From an uncultured virus (IMG/VR IMGVR_UViG_3300036791_000540) (lineage: Duplodnaviria > Heunggongvirae > Uroviricota > Caudoviricetes), in the IMG/VR virus record IMGVR_UViG_3300036791_000540: a DNA stretch of 64,000 nt. One strand, written 5' to 3'. Position 1 is the stretch's first letter. Each line of letters begins with the position of its first letter. Shown here in pieces: positions 27,285 to 36,494 of this stretch. A program made the translations under genes and the position numbers. Below the pieces are notes generated by a model, which made no database searches, was not told the DNA's origin, and was given only the letters and a program-made list of their open reading frames with translations.

Positions 27285-27483
27285 GAAATTTTTCTGTTAA
27301 GGGTTTGAAATTTAAGTGTGACGAGGGATTGCTCCCTCCCGTCGACCACTTAATCCCTTAACAGGATTTCGACGCGCTCGTGATGCTGCGCTCCGATACC
27401 CGCCGTATAGGTTCGGTCTGTTCGCCTGATCAATGTCAGGCCCGGCTGGAATGTAGATTGCGCCTATCCGAAAGGCGTGTCAA
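27285..27483 (-). promoter_or_regulatory. capsid promoter and structured 5' UTR
   Basis: TTGACA (27483-27478), 17 bp, CAATCT; long stem 27285-27370 capped by a GCAA tetraloop. Confidence 0.65.
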
Positions 27484-27683
27484 GGCGGATCTGTTGATGT
27501 GAGCGTTTGGTTTTTGCCCTTAAGGAAAGACCAGCGCGAATCGCGCTTGAAATAGGTGCGTCGATCACGGCCTTTCAAAGGCTGGTTCCAGTGATCGTAC
27601 ACTTCCGGAGGACTCGCTTTCACTCCGACGCCGAGCGCACCTGTAATTGCGCCCATTGCCTTGAGAAAACTGCGTCGGTTCAT
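27480..27683 (-). CDS. small protein with twin-arginine-like N-terminus
   Basis: MNRRSFLK followed by a hydrophobic stretch. Confidence 0.5.
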   Translation of the reverse strand: MNRRSFLKAMGAITGALGVGVKASPPEVYDHWNQPLKGRDRRTYFKRDSRWSFLKGKNQTLTSTDPP

Positions 27684-27687
27684 CTAA

Positions 27688-28416
27688 TCATTTTCTCGGG
27701 CGCGGCACGTTCCAATTATAGCCAAATGCGGGTTGGTCAGGAATGTAGTCCGCTGGCCGAGCCAGCTCACCACCCGGCACCGGCACACCTTCGATGATCG
27801 TCATGCCTGCCTGCGCGTCCACCATGTCCTTCGTCGGCGCGATACCGGTATCGAAAGCATTTCCAATTGGCCCCCTGAGTCCAGCGTTGGGGTTCGTAGT
27901 GAAGACCTGTTCAACTGGAGCGTTCTGGTCAGGACGCGCGAGATTGGGTACTCCAGCCATACGCAGCTGCGCGTTACGCATAGCGTAGAATTGTTTCTCG
28001 AGATTGCCGATCCGCTGGTTGAATTGCTTGAGGTAAACGTCGACCGTGCCTTGGATGTATTTGACGATTTGTTCCACACGCACGGCGGTCGCCGCGACCT
28101 CGGCCTCGATGGGCGGCGGTTGCCGTGGAGGATACGGATCTACACCGAATCCACTATTGTAAAAAGTGCCCGCAGAGGCCACGGGAGGCGGCAGATCCTG
28201 CGGATACGGCTGCGTCTGCGGTTCAGGCTGCGGCTCTGGCATCTCCATTGGCGCATTCTCCTGCTGTTCAGAGAGGATCTTGTCGATCAGGGCCAACGGA
28301 TATTTGCCGCGTTTCAAGTAGCCATCCAGTCGTCCTTTAGCGATGCCGAAATGCGCTGGCGCATCATCGCCATATGCCTTGATTGTTGCTTTTACGATGT
28401 CTTGTAATTTTCTCAT
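27688..28416 (-). CDS. hypothetical protein, possible N-terminal HTH
   Basis: Coupled 242-aa ORF. Confidence 0.65.
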   Translation of the reverse strand: MRKLQDIVKATIKAYGDDAPAHFGIAKGRLDGYLKRGKYPLALIDKILSEQQENAPMEMPEPQPEPQTQPYPQDLPPPVASAGTFYNSGFGVDPYPPRQPPPIEAEVAATAVRVEQIVKYIQGTVDVYLKQFNQRIGNLEKQFYAMRNAQLRMAGVPNLARPDQNAPVEQVFTTNPNAGLRGPIGNAFDTGIAPTKDMVDAQAGMTIIEGVPVPGGELARPADYIPDQPAFGYNWNVPRPRK

Positions 28417-28655
28417 GTCAGTATCGTGCCTCCGAGCATAATTGATTGAAGCTTCAGCTTCTGATCCCCTTTAAGCTGCCTTGCCTCTGGTGTGGTTGGA
28501 AAAGCCGCGAGATAATCTTTCGCTCTGTCAGCGGCAGTCTGCCAGTCCGCAACGTAAGCTGGGATATTAAACGCGCGTGGCTGTTGCCCGTCCATCGGCG
28601 GCTCGTCAATGATGAATGTGACGATGAAAAGTTGTCTGCCGTCTAAATCGTTCAT
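28413..28655 (-). CDS. hypothetical protein
   Basis: ATGA-coupled. Confidence 0.65.
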   Translation of the reverse strand: MNDLDGRQLFIVTFIIDEPPMDGQQPRAFNIPAYVADWQTAADRAKDYLAAFPTTPEARQLKGDQKLKLQSIMLGGTILT

Positions 28656-29977
28656 GCGGGTAGGTTCTCCATCATCTGCTCCATGCGTCTGCCGTCATTT
28701 TTCTCGAACGTGCCTTCCAGAGGCTTGGGCGGCTGCTGCACCGATTGTCTATGCGATGTGTTGGCCGCTTTCAAGCTCGCATTCCACTTTTTTTGGATCG
28801 CATCGCGTTCCGCTTCGATTTCGGCGATCCTGTCGTCCTTCAGTGCCAGTAACGTCTTCATATTATCTAAGAAGAGTGCACCTAGATTCTTTTTAACCAG
28901 CATCTCTGGCGAAGTGTCCAGAAACTGCGGATCAAATTTTGCCGTGGCCTCCTGCACCACCTTGTTATAGTTCTCCAGACGCTGCTTTAGTGCTGGCGAC
29001 GCGTCAGTTGGGATCGTCTTTTCCTTTACCAGATCCCCGAGATCTTTCAGTTGGTTCTCCAGCGCAGTTTTGCATTTGCCTTTGAACGTTTCCTCGTTCT
29101 TTTTGCCTTGTGCCTCCAGATCCTTGAAATATTGCTCACGATTGGAAAGCTTTGAACGCAGTTCCCCGTCGCGCCATTCTTTCAATCGCGTCTCATCATC
29201 AAAAGCCAGCTTGATCGGACGCTGATTCTCGTCACTGATCTGATTAATCACTCGCTCTTGCCAAAATTGCTTGTGGCTCATCTTGATCGATGGCCCACCC
29301 TGCTCCTCTGGCGCGGCGTCAACTTGGGAAACGTTGTCCCTGCTGAAGTATGACGGGCCGCCATGCGCCATTATGTATTTAGCGGTCTCCTCTTCCAGCC
29401 CGTTGTTAAGCAGATTGTCAATTATCCTTCGGTCGATCTGCGCCATCCCATTGTTAAAGCGCGCGTTGAGCTGGGGATCGCGTTCTATCGCGAACGTCTC
29501 CACAATCGGGCGCAGACGATCCAGCTCCGCGCGATCTTGCGCGGCAGTGGTCATCTGCTTTTCCAGTTCTTGGTACTTTTTCTCCAGTTCAACTCTCGCC
29601 GCCTCGGCACTGCGCCGCAGGCTATGTTCCTCGCGCGCCGTGTGCTTTACAGCCTTATTGACTTCGCGCGCCTTGCTTGTAGCGCCAGCTGGCAATTCGT
29701 ATTTCGCGCTGTCGAGATCCTTTTCGAATTCATCCGGCTCTGGTGCTTTGGCTGCAGGAGGCTCAGCAGGTGGCGGCGGCTCGGCTGGCGGTGGCGGGGG
29801 CGGCGCTGGTGGCTCCTCGTGCTTTGGTTCTGGTGGCGGGGGCGGCGGGGGCTGCTCTGATGGCGGTGGCTCAGGCGGTGGAGCGTCGAGTTCTCCAAGC
29901 AACTTGTCCATCGCTGCCGCGTCTGTCGCAGCAGCTTTTGCCGCTTCGGCCTCGCGTTGCTCCGTGGTCAATTCCAT
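28652..29977 (-). CDS. capsid scaffolding protein
   Basis: Pro/Glu-rich N-terminus and long coiled coil, between portal and capsid genes. Confidence 0.65.
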   Translation of the reverse strand: MELTTEQREAEAAKAAATDAAAMDKLLGELDAPPPEPPPSEQPPPPPPPEPKHEEPPAPPPPPPAEPPPPAEPPAAKAPEPDEFEKDLDSAKYELPAGATSKAREVNKAVKHTAREEHSLRRSAEAARVELEKKYQELEKQMTTAAQDRAELDRLRPIVETFAIERDPQLNARFNNGMAQIDRRIIDNLLNNGLEEETAKYIMAHGGPSYFSRDNVSQVDAAPEEQGGPSIKMSHKQFWQERVINQISDENQRPIKLAFDDETRLKEWRDGELRSKLSNREQYFKDLEAQGKKNEETFKGKCKTALENQLKDLGDLVKEKTIPTDASPALKQRLENYNKVVQEATAKFDPQFLDTSPEMLVKKNLGALFLDNMKTLLALKDDRIAEIEAERDAIQKKWNASLKAANTSHRQSVQQPPKPLEGTFEKNDGRRMEQMMENLPA

Positions 29978-30267
29978 CAGGTTTTGCTTTCGATCTTGAG
30001 TTTTTCGGCCCCAGCGATCAGCGACACTATTGTTTGGTTGAACCTGTAGATCAAATCACCATCTGGCTGCTCCAGTTGATCGGCGTGCTCGTGCATGGCA
30101 TCGACCAACTCAGCCTTGGCTTCGCTTTCCGCAGCGTCTGCCTTCGCGCTGATCTCTTTCCGTCGAATGTATTTCTCGACGAGCTTGTCTATTTCTTCGA
30201 TCCGCACTGGCGCAACGCCTTTGCCAGTCAATCCCAATTCGGCGTTTTGTTCGGTGGTTATCTCCAT
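29977..30267 (-). CDS. hypothetical protein
   Basis: GGAGG upstream; coupled. Confidence 0.7.
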   Translation of the reverse strand: MEITTEQNAELGLTGKGVAPVRIEEIDKLVEKYIRRKEISAKADAAESEAKAELVDAMHEHADQLEQPDGDLIYRFNQTIVSLIAGAEKLKIESKT

Positions 30268-30268
30268 G

Positions 30269-30532
30269 TTATGCCTCCTCTAACACCACTGGCTGGTCAT
30301 GTACTCTGGTGTCGACGAAAGGGGATTCAATTTTGGCCGTCGTACCGCGATTGGCTAATGAAACGATGTTGGCAAGGCATTCTTCGTAGCCTTCGCGTTT
30401 CTTGGACGCCAACGCTGATTCTTCCATAGTGATTCCAGCTAAAGGCGGTCGCATTTCATGGAGTGTCTCTATCAGTGGGATGGCTATGATAAAGCCATGC
30501 AGACTCGCACACTGTTCAGGAGCCATAGACAT
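30269..30532 (-). CDS. hypothetical head-module protein
   Basis: 87 aa between portal and scaffold; start uncertain. Confidence 0.55.
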   Translation of the reverse strand: MSMAPEQCASLHGFIIAIPLIETLHEMRPPLAGITMEESALASKKREGYEECLANIVSLANRGTTAKIESPFVDTRVHDQPVVLEEA

Positions 30533-30686
30533 GGTGTAGTTCTCCGTGGTGAAGCGCGCAGCGAAGATAACGTTCGGATCTGTAACTCTTGAATCCAGCA
30601 GCCCACCGTAGACGGTCGTATAGCCTAATCGCGGCGCGATTGGCAGTTCTCCACTTACGCATGTATTCCCGTCGTGCTTCTGTCAT
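30516..30686 (-). pseudogene. internally deleted HNH-family remnant
   Basis: MTEARREYMRKWRTANR...RCALHHGELH keeps both ends of the HNH copies but lacks the CxxC/HHxDY core. Confidence 0.5.
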
Positions 30687-30982
30687 GGTTTAGCGGTGCC
30701 TTCCACTCCGCGCGCTTTGCGATCAGCGGTGCGCTTGTTCAGCCACATGAGAGCTTCCTCGCACTTGGTGACGGCGATTGAATTTTCGCGGCAGGGAAGT
30801 TTTTCGCCCATCGATTTCAAGCGGTCGATCAACACGGCTAGCACCTCTTCGTTGGTGGTGCCGTCATGGATAGTTCGCATCGAGGGATGCTCTTTCTCGA
30901 TGAACTGGATCTCTTGACCCATCGATTCTGGATGCTCGAAGTTGGCAAGTTCGTAACAATGTCCGGGTGTTAGTATTTTCAT
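30683..30982 (-). CDS. tad1: Tad1-like anti-defence signal-sequestering protein
   Basis: IQF...G...EVL..LIDRL.....PCREN..A.TK.EEALMWL.KR..DR..R.V.GT matches the Tad1 family pattern. Confidence 0.75.
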   Translation of the reverse strand: MKILTPGHCYELANFEHPESMGQEIQFIEKEHPSMRTIHDGTTNEEVLAVLIDRLKSMGEKLPCRENSIAVTKCEEALMWLNKRTADRKARGVEGTAKP

Positions 30983-30988
30983 GGTTTG

Positions 30989-31228
30989 TTATCCGTCGAG
31001 TCGCTTGATCTCGTTTTTGGCATCTAATGCCATGTCGATCAGACCTTGCTCATACCCCTCAAGCCATTCTTTGCTGTACTTGGGATGCGATTCCGCTCGA
31101 TCCTTCCGATTTTTAAGTTGCTTATGCAACCATGTATCGAGCGACATGAACTTGGTGTGTTCGCTCAACTCAACACTGAATGGCATCGAAGCTTTGTATA
31201 CCTTCTTTTTCAGTTGATCAAGTGGCAT
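30989..31228 (-). CDS. hypothetical protein
   Basis: Probable start MPLDQLK right after the portal stop. Confidence 0.55.
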   Translation of the reverse strand: MPLDQLKKKVYKASMPFSVELSEHTKFMSLDTWLHKQLKNRKDRAESHPKYSKEWLEGYEQGLIDMALDAKNEIKRLDG

Positions 31229-31229
31229 T

Positions 31230-33677
31230 TTACGCTGGAACCTGAGCGGCTGGCCTTGGCATCGGACGGAAACCAACCGGAGGTTGGAAGCCTACCGGCG
31301 GCATCTGTGGCGATTGCCCTCCAGCTACGGGAGATCCACCGGCTGCCGCGCCCTGCGTGCTCGGTTTGAATCCAGCCGCCAACTCAATTTGCCTCTTGAT
31401 ATCATCGGGGGCGGTCTTGTAATCGAGTGAGGTTGCAATCTTCAACATGTGCGGCGGTATCCCCGGAGCACCGGCCATGTCCTGCGGGGTGATCCCGGGC
31501 GGCAATTGCGGCTGCTGTTGTTGCGACTGTTGTTGCTGTGCCGCAGCCTGCTTCGCCCTGAAACGTTGCAATTCAGCCGATCCCTGTTTCAAAATGTTCG
31601 TGAATTGTTGCTGTTTTTGCTGGTAAGGCATTATCTGCGGCAAACCTTCCTTGCCGACCTTCATTGACCACGACTGGAGATGCTCGTTTGCATGACCGGC
31701 CACCAGTTGCAGATTTTGCAAGATACCTTCCAGTTCCTGTGCACCTGTTTTTACCTTCTGTGCGATACCCGGCATGGCTTGCTGGATCTGCGCGTCGAGC
31801 ACATCCAAATGGATCTTGTCCATGTCGCGCGGACTGATCCCGATATAATCGCCCAGCTGCATTACCGCTGATTCCATCAACTGCTTGTTGCGCTGCTCGT
31901 CCGCGCTCGTCGGGTCTACTGCGTTTGGCAACACAAGTTCGTCGGCGATCTGTGGCGAGCTTCGAGCTGCGATGTCTTTCTTGAGCAGTTTTATCTGATC
32001 CACAAACGGGTTGCCTTTGTAAATCATGTAGAGCGAACTGATCGCCTGCCACGCTACCTGTGCCAAATCCTGAATGCTCTCAACCGTAGGCGTCTGGCGC
32101 AGCTCCTCGATGTCTTGCCGCGACAGACCTTCTTTGAGGAGCATCCGCTGCAGCTTCTGCGCTTCCTCGTCTGGGGTATCGGGATCGAGCAGGCGTCGCT
32201 GCATCGCGAACACCATATCGTAGAACTGCCCTAGGAACCGCGCCACGAACGCTTGTTGCGCTTCGATCTCCCGCTGCCGATCAATCTGTTCCTCGGTAGC
32301 TGTGCGCTCCTTGCCGGGTTGCTGGCGCGAGAGCTGGTTAGGGAGATACTCGCCTGCGGCCAGCTGCGCGATGTCGCCGAGCTTCGAGTAAAGCATCGTG
32401 AACGCCTCGGCGTTAAAGGTGAAATTTTGCTCGCCCAACTGCGCGTCGGTCGTCACCTGAACAAACGGATTGGTCACCTTGATCTGAGCGTTGATCCCGC
32501 CTTTGGCGTCCGCGATCAGGGTCTTTAAGCCTGACAAGCGGAAAGCGTCCACAGCGTCATTGGCCGCCACGTCCATCGCGGTGGTGATGTTCACCAGTGT
32601 CCTGCCCATTCCTTTGCTCCCGTAATAGGCGAGGTTGCCCGGCTCGAGGGTGAAGGGGTGAATGCAGTCTGCCATGCTGTCGAACAGGCTGTGCCGCTGG
32701 AAAAGTGTCTGGTGCGATTGGTTCCTGTTGATGACGAACTTGCTGACTTTGCCAGTATCTGTCTCCTGCGCGAGCAGGATTGCCCAGTCGACCACTTTGC
32801 TGCCGGTCTGGTAACTCATCCCCAGATTGATCTCCCGCGCCATGTCCTGATATACCCGGGCCGCGTTCGCGTTTGCGTCGCGCGTAGGCTGTTTCGGCAT
32901 CGAGTTGTTCAAGGCGTCCACTACGTTTTCCACTTCCCACCCTGCGATCTCGGCTACCTCTCGCGATTCGTTCTCGTTAACGTCGCCATCTTTGTCGCGG
33001 ATCTTGGAGATGTAATCGAATTGCTCGTGGATCAGCACCGATTGTTTGAACCCAGCCGTCTGCACGCTCTCTGGATATTGCGCGCTGCCCTCTGCCAGAA
33101 ACGCATTGTCAGATCGGTAAAAGCGCGGTCGCCATTCGTATTGGTCTACCGAGGCCGGGCACGAGTAACCAATCAGGATTGTCTCTTTGCAGATCGACGT
33201 GACTAACGCGCGCCAGCCGCGCCAGCGGCGTATGGTCTGGGTGACGCCGTCCTGAAATTTACGAGTCTTTTCTTCCAGATCAGCGCGCACTTTCTCATCG
33301 CCGTAACGCAGCTTTGAATTTGTCAGCGTCCGCAGATTATCGACGACCGACACAAGCCGACCGACGACCTGATTGACCATGCCAGCCAAGGCTAGCGTCG
33401 GGAAATTGCTTCGCCAGCCTTGGTTGGCTGACCGCAATGCTTCGTTGTCGTGTGGCTGTTTGCCAAAGTAACGGGCGTCCAGCTCGCTGTTGACCGAGGT
33501 GCGATTGCGGTTGCTGGTCTCTAAAGAGACGTAAACGCTCCATGCCTGCGCGCCATCGAGGATCGCTGGGTTGCGAACCTCCAGCGTTTCCTTGTCGATG
33601 TCAGGGACGTTGACACCAGTCCCTTTAACCTCGGGAGTACCCGGCGAACTAACGAGGCTTGTGAAATTCGCTGCCAC
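31230..33677 (-). CDS. portal protein
   Basis: 815 aa; RTATE motif, SKGMG, Gln/Pro-rich tail; between terminase and scaffold. Confidence 0.8.
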   Translation of the reverse strand: MAANFTSLVSSPGTPEVKGTGVNVPDIDKETLEVRNPAILDGAQAWSVYVSLETSNRNRTSVNSELDARYFGKQPHDNEALRSANQGWRSNFPTLALAGMVNQVVGRLVSVVDNLRTLTNSKLRYGDEKVRADLEEKTRKFQDGVTQTIRRWRGWRALVTSICKETILIGYSCPASVDQYEWRPRFYRSDNAFLAEGSAQYPESVQTAGFKQSVLIHEQFDYISKIRDKDGDVNENESREVAEIAGWEVENVVDALNNSMPKQPTRDANANAARVYQDMAREINLGMSYQTGSKVVDWAILLAQETDTGKVSKFVINRNQSHQTLFQRHSLFDSMADCIHPFTLEPGNLAYYGSKGMGRTLVNITTAMDVAANDAVDAFRLSGLKTLIADAKGGINAQIKVTNPFVQVTTDAQLGEQNFTFNAEAFTMLYSKLGDIAQLAAGEYLPNQLSRQQPGKERTATEEQIDRQREIEAQQAFVARFLGQFYDMVFAMQRRLLDPDTPDEEAQKLQRMLLKEGLSRQDIEELRQTPTVESIQDLAQVAWQAISSLYMIYKGNPFVDQIKLLKKDIAARSSPQIADELVLPNAVDPTSADEQRNKQLMESAVMQLGDYIGISPRDMDKIHLDVLDAQIQQAMPGIAQKVKTGAQELEGILQNLQLVAGHANEHLQSWSMKVGKEGLPQIMPYQQKQQQFTNILKQGSAELQRFRAKQAAAQQQQSQQQQPQLPPGITPQDMAGAPGIPPHMLKIATSLDYKTAPDDIKRQIELAAGFKPSTQGAAAGGSPVAGGQSPQMPPVGFQPPVGFRPMPRPAAQVPA

Positions 33678-33680
33678 ACG

Positions 33681-33965
33681 CTATTTAAAAGGCCCAACTG
33701 CGCCACTGCGGCCTTTTTGAGCGCCTATCGACGGATGATCCGCAGGCCCAGAATGACTATGGCGCTCCGAGATCGATCCTGTCTTTGCAAACCGAAAAGA
33801 TGTGTCGCGCACAGTCATCGCGGTGCCTCTGCGCTCTTTCTTGCTGCCAATGTCCACATGCGGCGGCCCGCTTCTACCGCTCATTCGCGTTTGGTTTTTG
33901 GTGTTACGCGGCGGCTTCCGCGAAGTGAGTTTGCCGTATTTAACTCCAGCTAGTGCTTTTGCCAT
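33681..33965 (-). CDS. small basic protein
   Basis: Probable start MAKALAG with AAGGA upstream. Confidence 0.55.
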   Translation of the reverse strand: MAKALAGVKYGKLTSRKPPRNTKNQTRMSGRSGPPHVDIGSKKERRGTAMTVRDTSFRFAKTGSISERHSHSGPADHPSIGAQKGRSGAVGPFK

Positions 33966-33967
33966 TG

Positions 33968-34483
33968 TTATCCTTTCTTTATTCCAAGTGCCGCGAAACC
34001 GCTGTGTCCTTTCATGCTCCCGCACGTTGCTGGTGATTGATCGCCAGAACGACCTTTCACTACGCCGCCACCTGCGTAGGTGTGCGGTTTCGGGAACGAA
34101 CTTACGCCGCCTTTGTGCATCCCAGCAGCCGACGATAAACGACCAGCGACTCGCGGAGTTATCGGCGCAGCCCGCATCGGGCGTGGTGCCCCGACGAGGG
34201 CTGGTGCTTTTGGCATCCCAAGTGCACGGGGGGCACGCGGCATTCGCGGCACCATGCCGCCCATCTGTTTCTTGCCGATGTCAGGGAATTTAGCGTGGAC
34301 TTTTCGTCGCACCGTTGCCTCAACTGGCTTACCAGAAGCACGCGCAAGCGCGTTTCTGGCGTGTGATTTGTCTTTGATCGGGTATGAACCCGGCCCTTTC
34401 CCGCCTTTCCCAGTGCCTTTGCCGGGCAAGGCGAAATCTGAACTGGGTAGTTTCTGCCGTGCTGCTGCTGTTAATCTAGCCAT
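33968..34483 (-). CDS. basic virion-associated protein with GG motifs
   Basis: LP.SDFALP...YPI.D..HARNALAR N-domain; QMGGMV, MHKGGV, YAGGGVV. Confidence 0.7.
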   Translation of the reverse strand: MARLTAAARQKLPSSDFALPGKGTGKGGKGPGSYPIKDKSHARNALARASGKPVEATVRRKVHAKFPDIGKKQMGGMVPRMPRAPRALGMPKAPALVGAPRPMRAAPITPRVAGRLSSAAGMHKGGVSSFPKPHTYAGGGVVKGRSGDQSPATCGSMKGHSGFAALGIKKG

Positions 34484-34811
34484 TTATGTGTTCCTCCATG
34501 TGGTGGCATCTGCACAGCCAGACAACCTCTAGCGGATTGTCGTAATCTGGGTGATGCTTTTCGGATTCTGGGTCACCGCATACTGAGCATGGTTGGCGAG
34601 TGATTCGACCAGACCGAACTGCATAACTACTATCGTTCCGCGCCTTTATTTTTACAGGATTTCCCTGACGATATTTTCGATTACTCGCCCTCTGCACTGC
34701 CCTTCCTTCAGAAGTGTTGAAATAAGCTCTATTGTAGTCGCGAGTGCGCTCCCGACCTTTAGCACTTCGGAGATACCGTTTTTTGGCTGCCCTGTGCGCT
34801 TCGGAGATCAT
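34476..34811 (-). CDS. HNH-like endonuclease, copy 3
   Basis: PCSVCG...HHPDYDNPL.V.WLC..HH. Confidence 0.75.
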   Translation of the reverse strand: MISEAHRAAKKRYLRSAKGRERTRDYNRAYFNTSEGRAVQRASNRKYRQGNPVKIKARNDSSYAVRSGRITRQPCSVCGDPESEKHHPDYDNPLEVVWLCRCHHMEEHING

Positions 34812-35047
34812 AAAATTCCAAGTTGCTTGAAGTTCTGATGGTCTTTCGGACTCCCGATTACTGCACCGCCGCTGCTGAACTTTTTTTTCTTCACCTTGGT
34901 AGGCAGTCCCTTCCGAGGTGTTGCTGCGAATTCGTGCAACTGTTTGTGGCTCATTTTGAGCAAGCCCTTGTTTCGAGCGTAAAGCTTTGAAGGCGCGTGT
35001 TCAGCAATCGCGGTGGCGATTTGCTGCGCTTTACTTTCTGCGGGCAT
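34808..35047 (-). CDS. DUF3008-like small basic protein with GG motif
   Basis: MPAESKAQQ...L.EFA.T.RKGLP; FSSGGAV. Confidence 0.65.
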   Translation of the reverse strand: MPAESKAQQIATAIAEHAPSKLYARNKGLLKMSHKQLHEFAATPRKGLPTKVKKKKFSSGGAVIGSPKDHQNFKQLGIL

Positions 35048-35693
35048 TTCGTCCTGAAGCCTTTCTCATTGCGGCTTTCTGATCAGCGCGCACCAGTTTT
35101 TCTTTGCCCGCCTTGACCTTGATGCCCGCGAGCTGCTTTTTATTAAACACCGCTTCCCCGGGTTCCAACATGGCGTGCACAGAATCGTGGCCAAGATCTT
35201 GGCCGGGCACTTTGCCGCCGCCTCTGGCGTCTATCGCTGTGCCTTTCCGCGCGAATACCGGCGTTCGCTGCACTGGGCCGCCTGCGCCCACAGGGCCGCC
35301 ACCAAAGATTGATCGTCCAGCGTTGCCAGCAGCACCAACGCCTGACGGTATTCCGGCCAATGGCGGCGCGCCACGATTGGCCGCCGTCGCTGCGGCCATA
35401 GCCGGTGGCCCAGCAGGCGGAGGGATAGCCTGTTGTTGTTGTGGCTCAATCGGAAAAGGGGCAGGAGGAGCTACTCCGCCACCGGCCATCCCCTGACCGG
35501 TTGTCGACGGATGCGGATGAACAAGTGCCGAGCCGTCCCTGCCATAATGACGTATCACACCAGCAGCAAGGTGCGGATGTAACCAGACGGGTATGTAACC
35601 GTTTTTATTGACGAATCGGGCGAAATGCTCGTGCGGCGCAAGTTCCCGTGCTCCGTTACCAGCAGGAGGCATTGGTCTGAGAGGCTGTGGCAT
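35031..35693 (-). CDS. protein with C-terminal GGxVPG...DSV.AML.PGE.V module
   Basis: The module resembles one recurrent in tape-measure C-termini; start placed after TTGACG-17-TAAGGA (35733-35705). Confidence 0.65.
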   Translation of the reverse strand: MPQPLRPMPPAGNGARELAPHEHFARFVNKNGYIPVWLHPHLAAGVIRHYGRDGSALVHPHPSTTGQGMAGGGVAPPAPFPIEPQQQQAIPPPAGPPAMAAATAANRGAPPLAGIPSGVGAAGNAGRSIFGGGPVGAGGPVQRTPVFARKGTAIDARGGGKVPGQDLGHDSVHAMLEPGEAVFNKKQLAGIKVKAGKEKLVRADQKAAMRKASGRNARRK

Positions 35694-35742
35694 CTCAGGA
35701 ATTTTCCTTACTCTCATCCCGGGGACTCGTCAAGGATACTCT

Positions 35743-35976
35743 TCACTCCTTCCGCGCCACACCCGTCCGCATGAATGTGTATTCCACCATGTAAGCTAGA
35801 TACTTTGGGTCATTCTCTTGCCCCAGTGTTTCGTTGATTCGGGGCAGGACTGGCGCAATGATCTCGTCCGCGCATCGCTTTGCAAACTCCCCACGTTCAC
35901 AGTCCGCATAGAGGCGCGCGGCCCGCTTTACTTCATCGTTCTTCAAGAACTCTGCGATACTAACCGATCTGCTCAT
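35743..35976 (-). CDS. hypothetical protein
   Basis: ATGA-coupled. Confidence 0.65.
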   Translation of the reverse strand: MSRSVSIAEFLKNDEVKRAARLYADCERGEFAKRCADEIIAPVLPRINETLGQENDPKYLAYMVEYTFMRTGVARKE

Positions 35977-36347
35977 TGCTTTTGGAATTGAGCGGCAGGC
36001 TCTCCATTTACCGTCACGCCATCCGCATCGCTGCGTTGTGGATTTGAACCACCAGCCTCCGTGCTTGGCGTTGCACCTTCTTGCGAAGTGCCGCTCAATT
36101 TCTTGCCGAAATTTGGGCTATGAAGATAGTATTTCTCCTGTTCCACTTCCTGTGAAGGACGCTCTCCAAATGAATTGTCTTTAGTCGGCTCACACCGTTC
36201 CCAGCCCTGAGGCGGTTCTGCCATAAGTTTGCCCACCCTCTCATATTCCCGCTCGCTGACGCCGAAGATCCTGTCCCACTCGTCCTGTGAAACCTCTAAT
36301 CCGCAGGTGAATTTTCCTTTCGGACGCCAGCCGTGGAGTCTACTCAT
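35973..36347 (-). CDS. hypothetical protein
   Basis: 124-aa ORF, WDRIFG motif. Confidence 0.55.
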   Translation of the reverse strand: MSRLHGWRPKGKFTCGLEVSQDEWDRIFGVSEREYERVGKLMAEPPQGWERCEPTKDNSFGERPSQEVEQEKYYLHSPNFGKKLSGTSQEGATPSTEAGGSNPQRSDADGVTVNGEPAAQFQKQ

Positions 36348-36494
36348 TTGATATTTTTCTCCACAATTCTACGTCAAACCCAAAGAGTCGCTCAAACCAC
36401 ATCGGAGGCAGATCATTGGCCTGCCTATACGCAGCCTCTTCACTTAACGCTTCAACAAGCCATTCAGCATCTTTATTCGCTATTTCCTGAATCG

